A stretch of DNA of 64,000 nt from an uncultured Chloroflexia bacterium (GTDB lineage Bacteria > Chloroflexota > Limnocylindria > Limnocylindrales > CSP1-4). The stretch is taken from assembly GCA_963766655.1 (NCBI GenBank), contig CAVYBB010000003.1:393097-457096 (forward strand), read 5' to 3'. Made by a program: the position numbers and the translations under genes. Positions 63,548 to 64,000 of this stretch are shown one piece after another; within the stretch, counting starts at the first letter, position 1, and the number at the start of each line of letters is the position of its first letter. The notes under the pieces are model-generated. The model ran no database searches, was not told where the DNA came from, and saw only the letters and a program-made list of their open reading frames with translations.

Positions 63548-64000
63548 CACGGCCGGTCATCGTTCAGAGGGCGGAGCCGCTCGTTCGCGGTATGAGGTTC
63601 GACGGTCGCGCCCGCAACGAGCTCGTCGCGCTGCTCGCGCTCTTCCTGATCACGCTCGCCGTGTCGCTGGCCAAGGGCCAGGACGTCTTCGTCTTCGCCT
63701 ACATCATGACCGTCGTCGTCACGGTCGGCGGTCCTCGTCGCCACGGCCGGCCGTGGTCGGACATCGGGATCAAGGGCGGCTTCTTCGAGGACCTGCGGCG
63801 CGTCTGGCTGCTCTCCGCACTGGTCGCCATCGTCTTCCAGTTCGTGCCGCCCACGGTCCTGATCGCCGTCGCCTCCGGATACGGGAGCGAGCTCCTCGCG
63901 CAGATCACGGGCCGGATGCCGGTCGACATCGGATCGGCCGCGGGCGCATCAGCGATCGTGGCATTGCTCGCGGCAGCCCTCGTGCTCACGCTCGTCGAGG
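63544..64000 (+). CDS. Second CPBP-family membrane protease paralogue, 3' end outside the window
   Basis: The frame is open from GTG 63544 (GTGA overlap with the previous stop; alternative ATG 63592) to the window end. Translation: ...ELVALLALFLITLAVSLAKG...WSDIGIKGGFFEDLRRVWLLSALVAIVFQFVPP...AALVLTLVE. It is absent from the ORF track because no stop is reached. Confidence 0.55.
   Translation, partial: MTRPVIVQRAEPLVRGMRFDGRARNELVALLALFLITLAVSLAKGQDVFVFAYIMTVVVTVGGPRRHGRPWSDIGIKGGFFEDLRRVWLLSALVAIVFQFVPPTVLIAVASGYGSELLAQITGRMPVDIGSAAGASAIVALLAAALVLTLVE

Noticed and set aside
1-64000. Scan for CRISPR arrays, rRNA/tRNA genes, transposases, integrases, and phage or defence-system hallmarks
   Set aside because: I noticed no regularly spaced repeats, no conserved rRNA/tRNA sequence blocks, and no DDE/tyrosine-recombinase, nuclease-helicase or reverse-transcriptase-like translations in any frame. 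A by-eye scan cannot exclude short ncRNAs.

Overview
The window is a very GC-rich bacterial chromosomal segment: third codon positions are almost always G/C, and long Arg/Pro/Gly-rich ORFs run antisense to nearly every real gene. The gene repertoire includes two deazaflavin/F420-type DUF385 oxidoreductases, several TetR regulators, an ECF sigma factor, USPs and lipoproteins. It also uses GTG starts and many ATGA/GTGA start-stop overlaps. Together these suggest an Actinomycetota-like organism; this is an inference, since no search was possible. I can support about 60 protein-coding genes and a handful of DNA-level regulatory candidates. I saw no rRNA, tRNA, CRISPR array, transposase or integrase.

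Gene blocks from left to right:
- Two NarL-class histidine kinases and a response regulator flank an orphan TRAP-type binding lipoprotein.
- An iron block contains feoA, feoB, dps and a flavodoxin.
- A minus-strand stress/translation block runs YbaK-like, eRF1-like, tandem USP, a COG2403 P-loop protein and a SpoIIM-like protein.
- Next come a malic enzyme and an ABC exporter whose two ABC-2 permease genes are riddled with frameshifts.
- A four-gene ApbE / ferric-reductase-type operon follows.
- A NatAB-like ABC pair precedes a 10-gene translationally coupled sugar operon: GH4 glycosidase, ABC uptake, GntR, SIS, amidohydrolase, LacD-type aldolase and two PfkB kinases.
- The remainder holds a K+ channel, a GAF-PAS-GAF-EAL protein, TetR-controlled small redox modules and a uracil/xanthine permease.
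- Also there are a BNR-propeller lipoprotein, an ABC pair plus an OmpR-type two-component system, and a lower-GC Fic / XRE islet.
- The window ends with an ECF sigma fused to a zinc anti-sigma motif with thiol-redox neighbours, and tandem CPBP proteases.

Best leads:
1. The ApbE operon lacks any recognisable flavinylation substrate.
2. The YbaK / eRF1-like / USP operon.
3. The unusual enzyme combination in the sugar operon.
4. The strongly non-uniform clustering of frameshifts.
5. A phased 4 x 11-bp direct-repeat array beside the OmpR-type system.

All functional calls rest on motif-level reading of the translations. No database search was run.
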